From a bacterium (GTDB lineage: Bacteria; CG03): a stretch of DNA of 64,000 nt. The position numbers and the translations under genes were made by a program. The number at the start of each line of letters is the position of its first letter. The stretch's first letter is position 1. The notes beneath the pieces were generated by a model. The model had not been told where the DNA came from. It searched no databases and saw only the letters and a program-made list of their open reading frames with translations. The DNA lies in NCBI GenBank assembly GCA_043825615.1, contig JBDRRS010000012.1:1-64000 (forward strand), in the 5' to 3' direction. Below, piece by piece: positions 17,714-26,235 of this stretch.

Positions 17714-18310
17714 TTACTGAAGTTTGTCGAGAAGGCCCATCGCCGCTTCTTCCGCCGCCTTGTTCTGCTCTTCTTTCGCTTTATCCGCAAGACCGTTAAT
17801 TGCCCTGTTTCTCGCCTGCTTATAGTCCTGTACGGGGAGCTGGAATAGAACCGAGCAGTTGTAAAAATATTTCACGCCGACTTCCGTGATTTCCTCCACT
17901 TTCTCGTAATAACTCTCCGCCGGAAGAAGACCGCTGATGTTGATGTTGTCCGCCGTCATTGCAATGCCGTCCTGGACAAATCTTCCGAGGTCGTCGGGAC
18001 TGAGATTCGCTCCGCGGGTGTTCTGAACAAATTCCGTTTTGGCTTTCGTCTGGATGGACTCGGCAACATTTTTCATCGCCTCCGCCTTCGCCTGACGAAG
18101 ACCGACGGCATAATCGCCGACGCCTTTCAGTGCGCCGGAAAAATACATCGTCGTTTCATCTTCAAAAAAGGGCACCATAACCCACTCGGGGGTCTTGTCG
18201 GCGCTCTTTTCAATAACCGTCTGCGAGCCAACCGGACGGACAACAGGACCGCCGCAGCCGACCAGCGAAAACACAAAAACCGCAACAAACAAACCAACAA
18301 ACTTCTTCAT
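17714..18310 (-). CDS. Lipoprotein, LPP20/FlgP-like
   Basis: Lipobox LVGC after the signal peptide; 198 aa. Confidence 0.55.
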   Translation of the reverse strand: MKKFVGLFVAVFVFSLVGCGGPVVRPVGSQTVIEKSADKTPEWVMVPFFEDETTMYFSGALKGVGDYAVGLRQAKAEAMKNVAESIQTKAKTEFVQNTRGANLSPDDLGRFVQDGIAMTADNINISGLLPAESYYEKVEEITEVGVKYFYNCSVLFQLPVQDYKQARNRAINGLADKAKEEQNKAAEEAAMGLLDKLQ

Positions 18311-18339
18311 CTTTTCCTCCTATTACACTTTCCACAAAC

Positions 18340-19176
18340 TCAAATCCCGACGGGCCGTGATAAAACAATAACATTCTTCCCGCCGCGCGGGATAACCGAT
18401 ATATTATACAATTTTTCCCCTTTGGAAAAACTCATATTGAACGTTTGGACATTTTTTCTGCCGGAAGAAATTTCATAACCCAATTCCGCCATTTTTTTCT
18501 GATAAAAAAGTTTTATATCGCTTGCGTTTGAATTTGTTTCATATACCGTGAGATTTATTCCCTCCTCCGTCCCAGATGATTTAAAAACCGCGCCGGAGGG
18601 ATACAGCATGCTTAAGCCTTCGGGCTTTGGAACCGCGGGCGGGGTTTCCTTTGCGGCGGAAACCGTTCCGGCGGGAGGCGCCTTAACTTTTTTCGATGGT
18701 CCCGTTAAAAACTTCAGAGCAACAACTGCTATTAAAACAACCGCGAGCGCAGCCGCAGGGACAAGAAGATTTTTTTTGCTTAACTTAAATTTCGCTTTTG
18801 ACGGCTTCGCCGGCTCATCCTTCTTCGGCGGGAGTTCCTCATACTTTTTTATGAGGTCGTCTATGTCGCCGCCTTCTCCCTCCAATACGGCGGGCCGTTC
18901 TTCAATCAACGGTTCCCGGGAAACGTCCGCGCTTTCCGGAACTGCGGAAGCAGCGTCGGCGTCCCCCGCCGGCTCCGGGGGAACGTCCGTTTCTTCTTCC
19001 GGAGATGCGGCTCCGGCATCAGGGCTCTGTTCCTCAATCACCGGTTCCTCCGGAACTCCGCCTGAATCAGCGGATTGTTCCGGACGGTTTTCGGAAGCGC
19101 CTTCCGATTCGCCGATAAAACCGGCCAGTTCCTCAATGTCTACGGTCTCGTCCGGACTTTCTTTATCTTCTTTCAC
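18340..19176 (-). CDS. Hypothetical acidic Pro/Glu/Ala-rich protein with one TM helix
   Basis: Low-complexity acidic N-terminal half, TM LLVPAAALAVVLIAVVAL, globular C-terminal domain. Confidence 0.45.
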   Translation of the reverse strand: MKEDKESPDETVDIEELAGFIGESEGASENRPEQSADSGGVPEEPVIEEQSPDAGAASPEEETDVPPEPAGDADAASAVPESADVSREPLIEERPAVLEGEGGDIDDLIKKYEELPPKKDEPAKPSKAKFKLSKKNLLVPAAALAVVLIAVVALKFLTGPSKKVKAPPAGTVSAAKETPPAVPKPEGLSMLYPSGAVFKSSGTEEGINLTVYETNSNASDIKLFYQKKMAELGYEISSGRKNVQTFNMSFSKGEKLYNISVIPRGGKNVIVLSRPVGI

Positions 19177-19243
19177 TATCTTACTCCTTGTCTCTCCCCA
19201 TCATTTTACAATACTTGCGGATATCTTGTCAATGTAATTTATG

Positions 19244-20023
19244 TCACAACTTGACTTGTTCCAGAATCTCGGCGTGGAAAAGCCCGTTGGAAACGACATA
19301 CCCGACAGTATCCAAACCGCACCGGCCGCCTTCCAAATCCGTCGCGGTTCCTCCCGCTTCTTCCACCAAAAGAAGCCCCGCAGCAAAATCCCATACCATA
19401 TCGCTGAACTCCACCTCGAATTCCGCGCGGCCGTTTGCTATATGAGACAAACCGGCGACGGTCGAGCCCAGCATCCTTATATTAAACACCTTATCATGAA
19501 GTTTCGCCAGCGCCGCAAAACTCTTTTCCGTGTTGCGGACGAGAGAACTGTCAAAAATCATTGTCGAATCGCGCATCTTTCTCTTTGAAACGGAAATTCC
19601 CTCGCCGTTGCAGAAAGCGCCGCCTCCCCTGACTGTTCTGTAGAGACAATCTGTCATCGGAAGATAGATGGCGCCCGCTTTTACTTCATTGTCTTTGCAA
19701 ACGGCAATGGATGTTCCGAAAATATCAATCCCCTTTATGTAATTGTGCGTGCCGTCAAGAGGATCTATAATCCACAAAAACCCGCTGGCGGAATTGAGGG
19801 AATCCGGCAGAGTCGCCTCCTCGGCCAAAACCCCGTCGTCGGGAAAACGCGCTTTTATCCCGGAAACAATTTTTCTTTGCGCCATTATGTCGATATCCGA
19901 GACGAGCGAACCGTCGTCTTTTGTTTCAAAATGAAACGCCTTCCTGAAATTCGATTTAAGAATTTCCCCCGCCGCACGCGCCATATCGCAGGCTTCATCC
20001 AGTCTTGTTTCTATTTCCCGCAT
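19244..20023 (-). CDS. Inositol monophosphatase family protein (SuhB-like)
   Basis: WIIDPLDGTHNY and other IMPase motifs. Confidence 0.85.
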   Translation of the reverse strand: MREIETRLDEACDMARAAGEILKSNFRKAFHFETKDDGSLVSDIDIMAQRKIVSGIKARFPDDGVLAEEATLPDSLNSASGFLWIIDPLDGTHNYIKGIDIFGTSIAVCKDNEVKAGAIYLPMTDCLYRTVRGGGAFCNGEGISVSKRKMRDSTMIFDSSLVRNTEKSFAALAKLHDKVFNIRMLGSTVAGLSHIANGRAEFEVEFSDMVWDFAAGLLLVEEAGGTATDLEGGRCGLDTVGYVVSNGLFHAEILEQVKL

Positions 20024-20321
20024 TTAAGAATTCCGGCTTTTATTTTTTCGTCTTCGGGAACCAGCGCACAGGCGATTATACTGACCTCGCCGCCGACATT
20101 GCCCTTGCGCGCAGCAGGCCAACACAGGACAAACCCGCTTTCTCCTCAATATCATACGTTTCAAACGGCTCGCCGTTGTTGTAATTCAGCGCCATATCTT
20201 TTTCCTCCGCAGGTTTTTACGCTTTTAGATGCTCCCTTCGCAATACTCGTTAGAAATTTCCTTTCGGAAGAATTTTTTTTCACATAATCAATAACTTTAT
20301 TCTCACAATTTCTAACAGGAT

Positions 20322-20585
20322 TCATCTTAACTTCCAGATTATAACATTTTTTTTCTTTCCCCAAACGGATGCAATTTTTTGTAAATTAACAAGTTCTTTA
20401 ATTTTTTCTCCAAAAGGAATTTTCGCCCGCTCTCTGCGAAATCTTTCTTTTCCCTCGAACAATTCCTCGCGCGTCATTACCTCATCGCCGATAACAAACC
20501 TCTGGTCACCCCGCAAGTTGTCTTCGCCTTGAAATCCGCGCGGCAGATTACAAGGACAGTTTGACTTACGAGGTTTATTTTTCAT
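20322..20585 (-). CDS. Small hypothetical protein translationally coupled (ATGA overlap) to the upstream nucleotidyltransferase-fold gene
   Basis: 87 aa; no recognised motif and no histidines. Confidence 0.3.
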   Translation of the reverse strand: MKNKPRKSNCPCNLPRGFQGEDNLRGDQRFVIGDEVMTREELFEGKERFRRERAKIPFGEKIKELVNLQKIASVWGKKKNVIIWKLR

Positions 20586-21091
20586 AAATATTTCCTTCTT
20601 AATCTGACGAACTTACCGGACAATTTATACTTTTTCAAAATTCTGTCTAGTTTTTTCCTGTTTATTTGCGCCTGCTCTAAAAGCATTTCCGTTTTTCTTA
20701 TATCCTTATCTCTCGATGCCCTTAAAAAAAGAGCGATAAGAAACTCGGGAGTAATTACTTTCGTTTTAACACCCTCATATTCCGTCTCTTCGGCGTCGGC
20801 CACCGCTTCTTTTTCAAGATTGTCTGCGGGGAAAAAATCAACGGGCACGCCGTCAACAACAAGCCATTGCCCTTCCCATAAACATCCTTTTTTTTTAAGA
20901 TATTCATACAAAGGCGTCAACACGATTAAATCCTTTCCCTTCGGCTCTTGCGCAAGAATAACAAAAACATCCAAATCACGTGTAAAGAAAGGCTCAACCC
21001 ATCTCAAAGCGCCGACAGCTCCGCCGACGGCATAATCCTTTATCAGACCCGCCGCCTGCATCTCATTTATAAGTTCTAATGTTTTCTTCAT
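20582..21091 (-). CDS. Nucleotidyltransferase-fold protein (minimal NTase-like hG[GS]...DxD motif)
   Basis: GGAVGALRW...TRDLDVFV fits the Pol-beta-type NTase signature. Confidence 0.4.
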   Translation of the reverse strand: MKKTLELINEMQAAGLIKDYAVGGAVGALRWVEPFFTRDLDVFVILAQEPKGKDLIVLTPLYEYLKKKGCLWEGQWLVVDGVPVDFFPADNLEKEAVADAEETEYEGVKTKVITPEFLIALFLRASRDKDIRKTEMLLEQAQINRKKLDRILKKYKLSGKFVRLRRKYL

Positions 21092-21365
21092 TAAACTTCT
21101 TTCAAAATCATCTTCTACAACTCTCCCGCAATTTCTTTTCAGGTGCTTCCCTCTGTTTTCTAAAACCTGTTTATTTTAACAAAACATCCCGACTTTTAGC
21201 AATTGATAAGATTCTTAAATCTGCATTATTCATACTCTCCGGGGAAAATAGGGTCACCTCTATTTATTGGAAAATGGGTCACTTCTGATTTATTTGAAAA
21301 CTCCCTCATTATGAATAATGCAGAATAAGATTCTTAAATCACAACGCACTTATTGAATAAAGGTT

Positions 21366-22193
21366 TTACTTTATGATTTTAAATCTTCTTCCGTTGCTTT
21401 TAACAACTACCGTTCCGCGATTTTCCGTTGAAAGCACTTTAATTCCGAGTTCTTCTAAAATTGAAAGCACTTTTTCTTCATCTTCGGGCTTTCTCCATTC
21501 GCTCTCACCGGTCGAGATAACAGCAATACTTGGATCGACGGTTTTAAAAAACACGCGGGACGGCTGCTTGCCGTGATGGGGCGCTTTCAAAACTTCGCTT
21601 TTAAGTTTGTCTCCGTATAATCCTGCCAACTCTTCGCATATTCGCGAACTGATATCTGCCGTGAAAAGAAATCTCACACCGCCGTGGGTCATCTTTAAAA
21701 CCAGGGCGGATTCGTTTAGATTGTTGCCGGGCTTCTCAGGATGCAGAACTTCTATTTTAAAATCCGGTTCATCAACCATTATATCGCCGCGTTTTAAAAT
21801 TACGCATTCAATGTTTTTTCCCGAAGACAGTTCCCTGAGTTCCGCCCATTCTTTTCTCCCCGTCATGCCTTCGTTTGTCAGAAGTTTCCCGACCTCAATG
21901 TTTTGGAGAACTTCCGGCAGACCTCCGATGTGGTCTGGATGCGGGTGCGTGGCGACAACAAGGTCCAATCTTTCAATTTCCTCCTCTTTCAGATAATTTA
22001 AGATTTTATCCGATTGTTCCGGATAACCCCCGTCTATAAGAAGATTCCCGCAAATTTCATTTTCTATCAAAATACAGACCCCGTAACCGACATCGATGAA
22101 ATGTACACCCAGTTTGTTTTTCTCCTTACAACCCAAACAAAATAAAGTCAGAACTAAAAGTATTATTATTTTTTTCTTAATCATTTTATCCAA
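21366..22193 (-). CDS. MBL-fold metallo-hydrolase (ComEC C-terminal-domain-like) lipoprotein
   Basis: HPHPDHIGG metal-binding motif, and a lipobox LFCLGC. Confidence 0.75.
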   Translation of the reverse strand: MDKMIKKKIIILLVLTLFCLGCKEKNKLGVHFIDVGYGVCILIENEICGNLLIDGGYPEQSDKILNYLKEEEIERLDLVVATHPHPDHIGGLPEVLQNIEVGKLLTNEGMTGRKEWAELRELSSGKNIECVILKRGDIMVDEPDFKIEVLHPEKPGNNLNESALVLKMTHGGVRFLFTADISSRICEELAGLYGDKLKSEVLKAPHHGKQPSRVFFKTVDPSIAVISTGESEWRKPEDEEKVLSILEELGIKVLSTENRGTVVVKSNGRRFKIIK

Positions 22194-22471
22194 TTCTGCA
22201 TTAAGTATTTTTCTTCAAATTCATCAATTATCGTTTCTTTGCTCCGTTCATTTATCCTAAAAGAACGCCCGTTTTCTCCCAACCGCTCAGCAACGTCCTT
22301 ATTTTTTTTCAATTTATAAATATTTTCCCTTAATTCTTCCGGTTTTTCCGGAAAAATTACTATCCCAAATTTATATTTTCTTGCAATGTGCGATATTTCA
22401 CAATTATCCGCAGCCGCTATAATCAACGGTTTGCCCGCAGAAGCCGGGCCGAATACTTTAGAAGGCATCAC
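22181..22471 (-). pseudogene. Remnant of a GT-B (family 1/4) glycosyltransferase C-terminal domain
   Basis: 96 aa resembling only the C-terminal E..G.P.I motif region (VFGPASAGKPLIIAA...) with no N-terminal domain. Confidence 0.4.
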
Positions 22472-22485
22472 TATGTCCCCTCCGC

Positions 22486-23661
22486 CTAATGAAATACGAC
22501 TACCTGTTTATACACCTCACAAGTTTTTGCAGCAATTTTATCCCAGTTATAATTTTCTTTTAGATTCTTTTTTTGGCTATTTTTTTCTTCTTCGCTGATG
22601 CCCAAATTAAATAAGTTAATCATCGTCTTCGACAAATCATTTACATTGCCAGTTTCAAAAAACCTAAAATCAGGCAAATGAACTTCTCTGTTCTGTGGTA
22701 TATCACTCGCAAGTACGGGCAAACCATAACTCAACGCCTCGAGCAAAGCAATCGGCAAACCTTCATAGTAGGACGGCAAAACAAAAAGTCCTGCATTAGA
22801 AAACAACTCCTGTAAGGGCTCTCCAGATATAAATCCAGTCAGAATAACCCCCGCTGTCTCTTTCGCCAATCTTTTGAGTTGCCTGCTATATTCTGTTTCA
22901 TGGTCAGCATCTCCGGCAATAACAAGTTTAAATTCCGAATTTTCAATCCTTCTGTATGCCTTAATTAAATCATGTAGCCCTTTCTCGGGAACAAACCTGG
23001 CGGCGGTAAAAACATATTTTCGCGGTTCAAGAGAAAATCGCTCCAATGCCTTCCCCTCCGAAACAATGTCAGGAAATGTAACACCATTCGGGATATAGCC
23101 TGATTTTTCGGCACTACATGTTTTTTTTTCCAGTCTTTGTTTTATCCCTCGTGAAATTGCTATTATCCTGTTGGCAAATGAGATACCCATATATTCACCT
23201 GCCCTTAAAACCAATTTAGCAGCAGACCCCCATTTTTTTCTCTCATAATCCGGCCCGTGATGTGTCATCACAACTTTTAATCCTAATAGTCTTGCCAACG
23301 GGACTAACAGCGACGGACCAATAGCATGAATATGCAGAATATCAGGTGATTTTCGCCAGGATACGATTACCCCCAGAAAAGTGTGGATAATCGCTTCAAA
23401 ACTTTTTTTTCTCGGACACCAGAGGTGAATAAATTTTATTCCCCTCCACTCCGTTAATCTTTCCTCCGCAGGAATATACGGCGTTCTTGTAAAAACCGTA
23501 ATATCGCAGCCCAGTTTCACCAGCCTCGGATAAAGTTCCTCACAATGTTTTTCCACCCCGCCCTGAACATGCGGAAAACCTCTTGTTCCAAGTACAATAA
23601 TTTTTATTTTATGCAAATTTTCTTTCCAAGTAATGATTTGATTTTGCTTTTCAAAACCCAT
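22486..23661 (-). CDS. Glycosyltransferase family 4 (GT-B)
   Basis: 391 aa with a C-terminal EGLPIALLEALSYGLPVLASD motif. Confidence 0.75.
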   Translation of the reverse strand: MGFEKQNQIITWKENLHKIKIIVLGTRGFPHVQGGVEKHCEELYPRLVKLGCDITVFTRTPYIPAEERLTEWRGIKFIHLWCPRKKSFEAIIHTFLGVIVSWRKSPDILHIHAIGPSLLVPLARLLGLKVVMTHHGPDYERKKWGSAAKLVLRAGEYMGISFANRIIAISRGIKQRLEKKTCSAEKSGYIPNGVTFPDIVSEGKALERFSLEPRKYVFTAARFVPEKGLHDLIKAYRRIENSEFKLVIAGDADHETEYSRQLKRLAKETAGVILTGFISGEPLQELFSNAGLFVLPSYYEGLPIALLEALSYGLPVLASDIPQNREVHLPDFRFFETGNVNDLSKTMINLFNLGISEEEKNSQKKNLKENYNWDKIAAKTCEVYKQVVVFH

Positions 23662-24593
23662 GCGGCCGGTTTAAAAATATTTTTTTTCATAGCCGGAGAA
23701 GCGGTTCCAATCATCCAGCAGTTTTTAGCGCATTTCCCAATATCCGATTTTATTTTCACAGCTTTTTCGCTGTTCCATATTTCATCAAAAGTGTTTTCAT
23801 TCAAATTACCCATGCTGTTTTCGGAGGAATCAGTATCCAGACCGTTGCATGGCCTTATTTCGCCGAAAGGATCAAGAAAAAACATATTCTTACCCGCTCC
23901 GCAGGGCAAAAGCCGGGTATTGCCTTTTATGTAATTTACCAGTCCGTAATTAAAATATGCGCGAAACCAATTCTTTATCCTGTTGGTTCTAAGAAGCTCA
24001 TTCACAATCTCTTCAAAACTGCTTATAACCTCTTTTTTGTTTTCAATGCTGTTATCATGCTTATGAAAATAATAGGAATTATGCACCGCCGCGGTGGCGA
24101 ACTCAACATTCATAGATTTTGCAAGCTGATAAAGTTCCAGCATATCCCTGTGATTTCGGTCAGATACGGTTATACCGAAACCTATGTCTTTCAAACCTAA
24201 GCGCTGTAATTCAAGCAAAGTTCTAATGCCGTGGTCAAAACCATCCTTTATTCCCCTGAGTTCGTCATTAGCCGCCGGAAGCCCCTCTATACTTATTCTC
24301 ACCCCGAGACGATTGTTTCCAAGTGTTTTCGCAAGCGTCACTATTTTTTCAGTAAAATAACCGTTTGTGCTGATTACCACTCTGTCTGCTTTTTTTAAAA
24401 GTATCTTTACAATATCTTCAATATCAACCCGCAGAAAGGGCTCACCTCCGGTCACATTCGCAAATTTCAAATGAGGCAGTTTTTCAAGTATCTCCGGCTT
24501 AAATTCCTCTTCTATCGTCGTAGGATACTGCCAGATATTGCACATCACACATTTGCAGTTGCACCTATACGTCGTTATTATTGCTGCTTCCAT
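23604..24593 (-). CDS. Radical SAM enzyme with a probable C-terminal SPASM/twitch Cys cluster
   Basis: CNCKCVMCNIW (CxxxCxxC) at the N-terminus, with additional Cys motifs near the C-terminus. Confidence 0.8.
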   Translation of the reverse strand: MEAAIITTYRCNCKCVMCNIWQYPTTIEEEFKPEILEKLPHLKFANVTGGEPFLRVDIEDIVKILLKKADRVVISTNGYFTEKIVTLAKTLGNNRLGVRISIEGLPAANDELRGIKDGFDHGIRTLLELQRLGLKDIGFGITVSDRNHRDMLELYQLAKSMNVEFATAAVHNSYYFHKHDNSIENKKEVISSFEEIVNELLRTNRIKNWFRAYFNYGLVNYIKGNTRLLPCGAGKNMFFLDPFGEIRPCNGLDTDSSENSMGNLNENTFDEIWNSEKAVKIKSDIGKCAKNCWMIGTASPAMKKNIFKPAAWVLKSKIKSLLGKKICIK

Positions 24594-25280
24594 TATTTTT
24601 TCTCTACCAAAGCAATTAAATTTCCTGTGATACCAAAAATTTTTTGTTTATACAATCTTACTTTAATTTTCTTTGGAAAAAGTGAAAGAAATCTCTTCCC
24701 TGTTAAAAGATTGAGATGATTTATATCAGCCCAGTACTCTCTTCCAAACTTCTTGTAAATCCAGAACTTCATTTTGGGGGGCAACCAATGAGCAAATGGG
24801 AGTAACGTATGAGGATCAACTGGAAAACAATAATTTGGGGTAGTAATAAATGCCTTCTTGCTTACTCTCAAAATTTCATGGATAAATCGCTTCTGTTCAT
24901 TCCCCCCCCCCTACATGTTCTACCACTGCATTTGAGAATACAATATCAAAACAATTATCGGGGAATGGGAGGTTTTTACCATCACCAAAAACTAATCTTA
25001 CCTTCGGGAAACGTCTATTAAAATTTTTAAACTTTTCAGATTCATCATTGGTCAAAGCCGTAATATTTTCTGGATAAGGATACCATAATTCTAAAAAATT
25101 AGTCGCTCTGCCCAAAAAAGGACTAACCCCCACATCAAGAAGTTTCTCTACCCGTCTTGGTTTCATAAGAGAAATAAACAAATCATATTTGTTTTTTCTT
25201 GATTTCAATATTATCTTTTCAGTTTTTTTCCAAAGCAATCCGTCAGGCCATTGCAAAAGTTTTTCTTTAATCTGTTTCAT
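24593..25280 (-). pseudogene. Class I SAM-dependent methyltransferase split into two ORFs (24897-25280 and 24593-24871) by a frameshift at a G10 homopolymer; a candidate phase-variable gene or a homopolymer sequencing error
   Basis: The N-terminal ORF ends ...VEHVGGGE* at the G10 run. Removing one G gives in-frame read-through (GGGNEQKRFIHEILRVSKKAFITTP...) into the downstream ORF. Confidence 0.6.
24902..24911. repeat. Homopolymer C10 (G10 on the coding strand) that causes the frameshift
   Basis: Read directly. Confidence 0.9.
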
Positions 25281-26235
25281 CGGTACTTAATTTACTGCCG
25301 TTTCCATAATTAGTGTTTCCTTTTTCTTTAGCCCCAAATAAAAGAAATGATTTTATTCTAATATCTTCTTTAGAGGCATTTCTAAATTTTTTAGACAGCC
25401 AAATTTTTGATTTCTTTACATACTTCTCTTTATAGACCCTGTTTGGTTGAATTTTTACATTCTTAAAACTTTCGTTTACGAGCATTTTGTGATATTCCGA
25501 AGGAAGTACTCTATTAGGAGAACCTTGAAACTTCAGCAAATTCCATAAAAAATCAGAATAACGGTAAAGGTTCAAAGGATCAATATCTCTTAAAATACCC
25601 GTATGCGTTCCTGTATCAACCTCACCAAATATAATTCCGTTTTTCCTCATTTTTCTATATATTTCTTTAATAACCCAACTAGGGTTATCAAGATGTTCCA
25701 TTACCGCTTGGCTTATAACTAAATCGTATCGCCCGCTCAGATGCATGTCAATGTTGTATTGCCTGTCCGAAATATACATGAAATTTCCCGAAAATTCCCC
25801 ATTACTGATTTTTTCAACCGCATTTTTAGCTCTCTCAAAAAAAGGATAATTCTTCAATTTTTCAAGTAATATCTTATAAAATAGAAGCGGCGTTTGCCTA
25901 ATAAGACGAAATTTGTCAAACGCAGTATAACTTCGAGCGCCGAAAGCAAGAAGTATTACCCCTGTGCCTAAATCGGGACCTGGGCCAAGTTCCAGTATAT
26001 CCTTGTTCTCAAAAACTAACTTGCTTTCACTATATTCCCTTAGATATCTTCTCCATTTTTCCACATAATCAAAAACATGTAGAACGCTTCTTTCTACCTG
26101 CTTGGAAGAAAAAGTTCTAGGGCTGGTATAGCCCATAAGGAAATGTCTATATTTGTTACCCCACCGCAACAAAAGCCCCAACAAAAAACAGAAACACTGA
26201 TTGGCGCGTGAAGGGCCTACCGTTTCTATTCTCAC
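25267..26235 (-). CDS. Class I SAM-dependent methyltransferase
   Basis: ILELGPGPDLGTG glycine-rich SAM-binding motif. Confidence 0.7.
   Translation of the reverse strand: MRIETVGPSRANQCFCFLLGLLLRWGNKYRHFLMGYTSPRTFSSKQVERSVLHVFDYVEKWRRYLREYSESKLVFENKDILELGPGPDLGTGVILLAFGARSYTAFDKFRLIRQTPLLFYKILLEKLKNYPFFERAKNAVEKISNGEFSGNFMYISDRQYNIDMHLSGRYDLVISQAVMEHLDNPSWVIKEIYRKMRKNGIIFGEVDTGTHTGILRDIDPLNLYRYSDFLWNLLKFQGSPNRVLPSEYHKMLVNESFKNVKIQPNRVYKEKYVKKSKIWLSKKFRNASKEDIRIKSFLLFGAKEKGNTNYGNGSKLSTDETD

Noticed and set aside
18548-19237. 229-aa plus-strand ORF rich in Ser/Gly/Ala
   Set aside because: It is antisense to the acidic Pro/Glu-rich gene at 18340-19176 and its low-complexity translation is an artefact of that gene's codon bias. 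The same applies to plus-strand ORFs 5271-5720, 15732-16376 and 19745-20287.
20040-20160. 39-aa minus-strand small ORF (MALNYNNGEPFETYDIEEKAGLSCVGLLRARAMSAARSV) in the gap after the inositol monophosphatase gene
   Set aside because: It is too short, has no recognisable family and has only a weak SD. The ORF at 20161-20364 that overlaps the 87-aa gene by 43 nt is likewise treated as spurious.
22486-23661. 58-nt overlap between the GT4 ORF start and the 3' end of the radical SAM gene
   Set aside because: The GT4 gene probably uses a downstream or non-ATG start. The overlap is an ORF-calling artefact, not a fusion or programmed frameshift.
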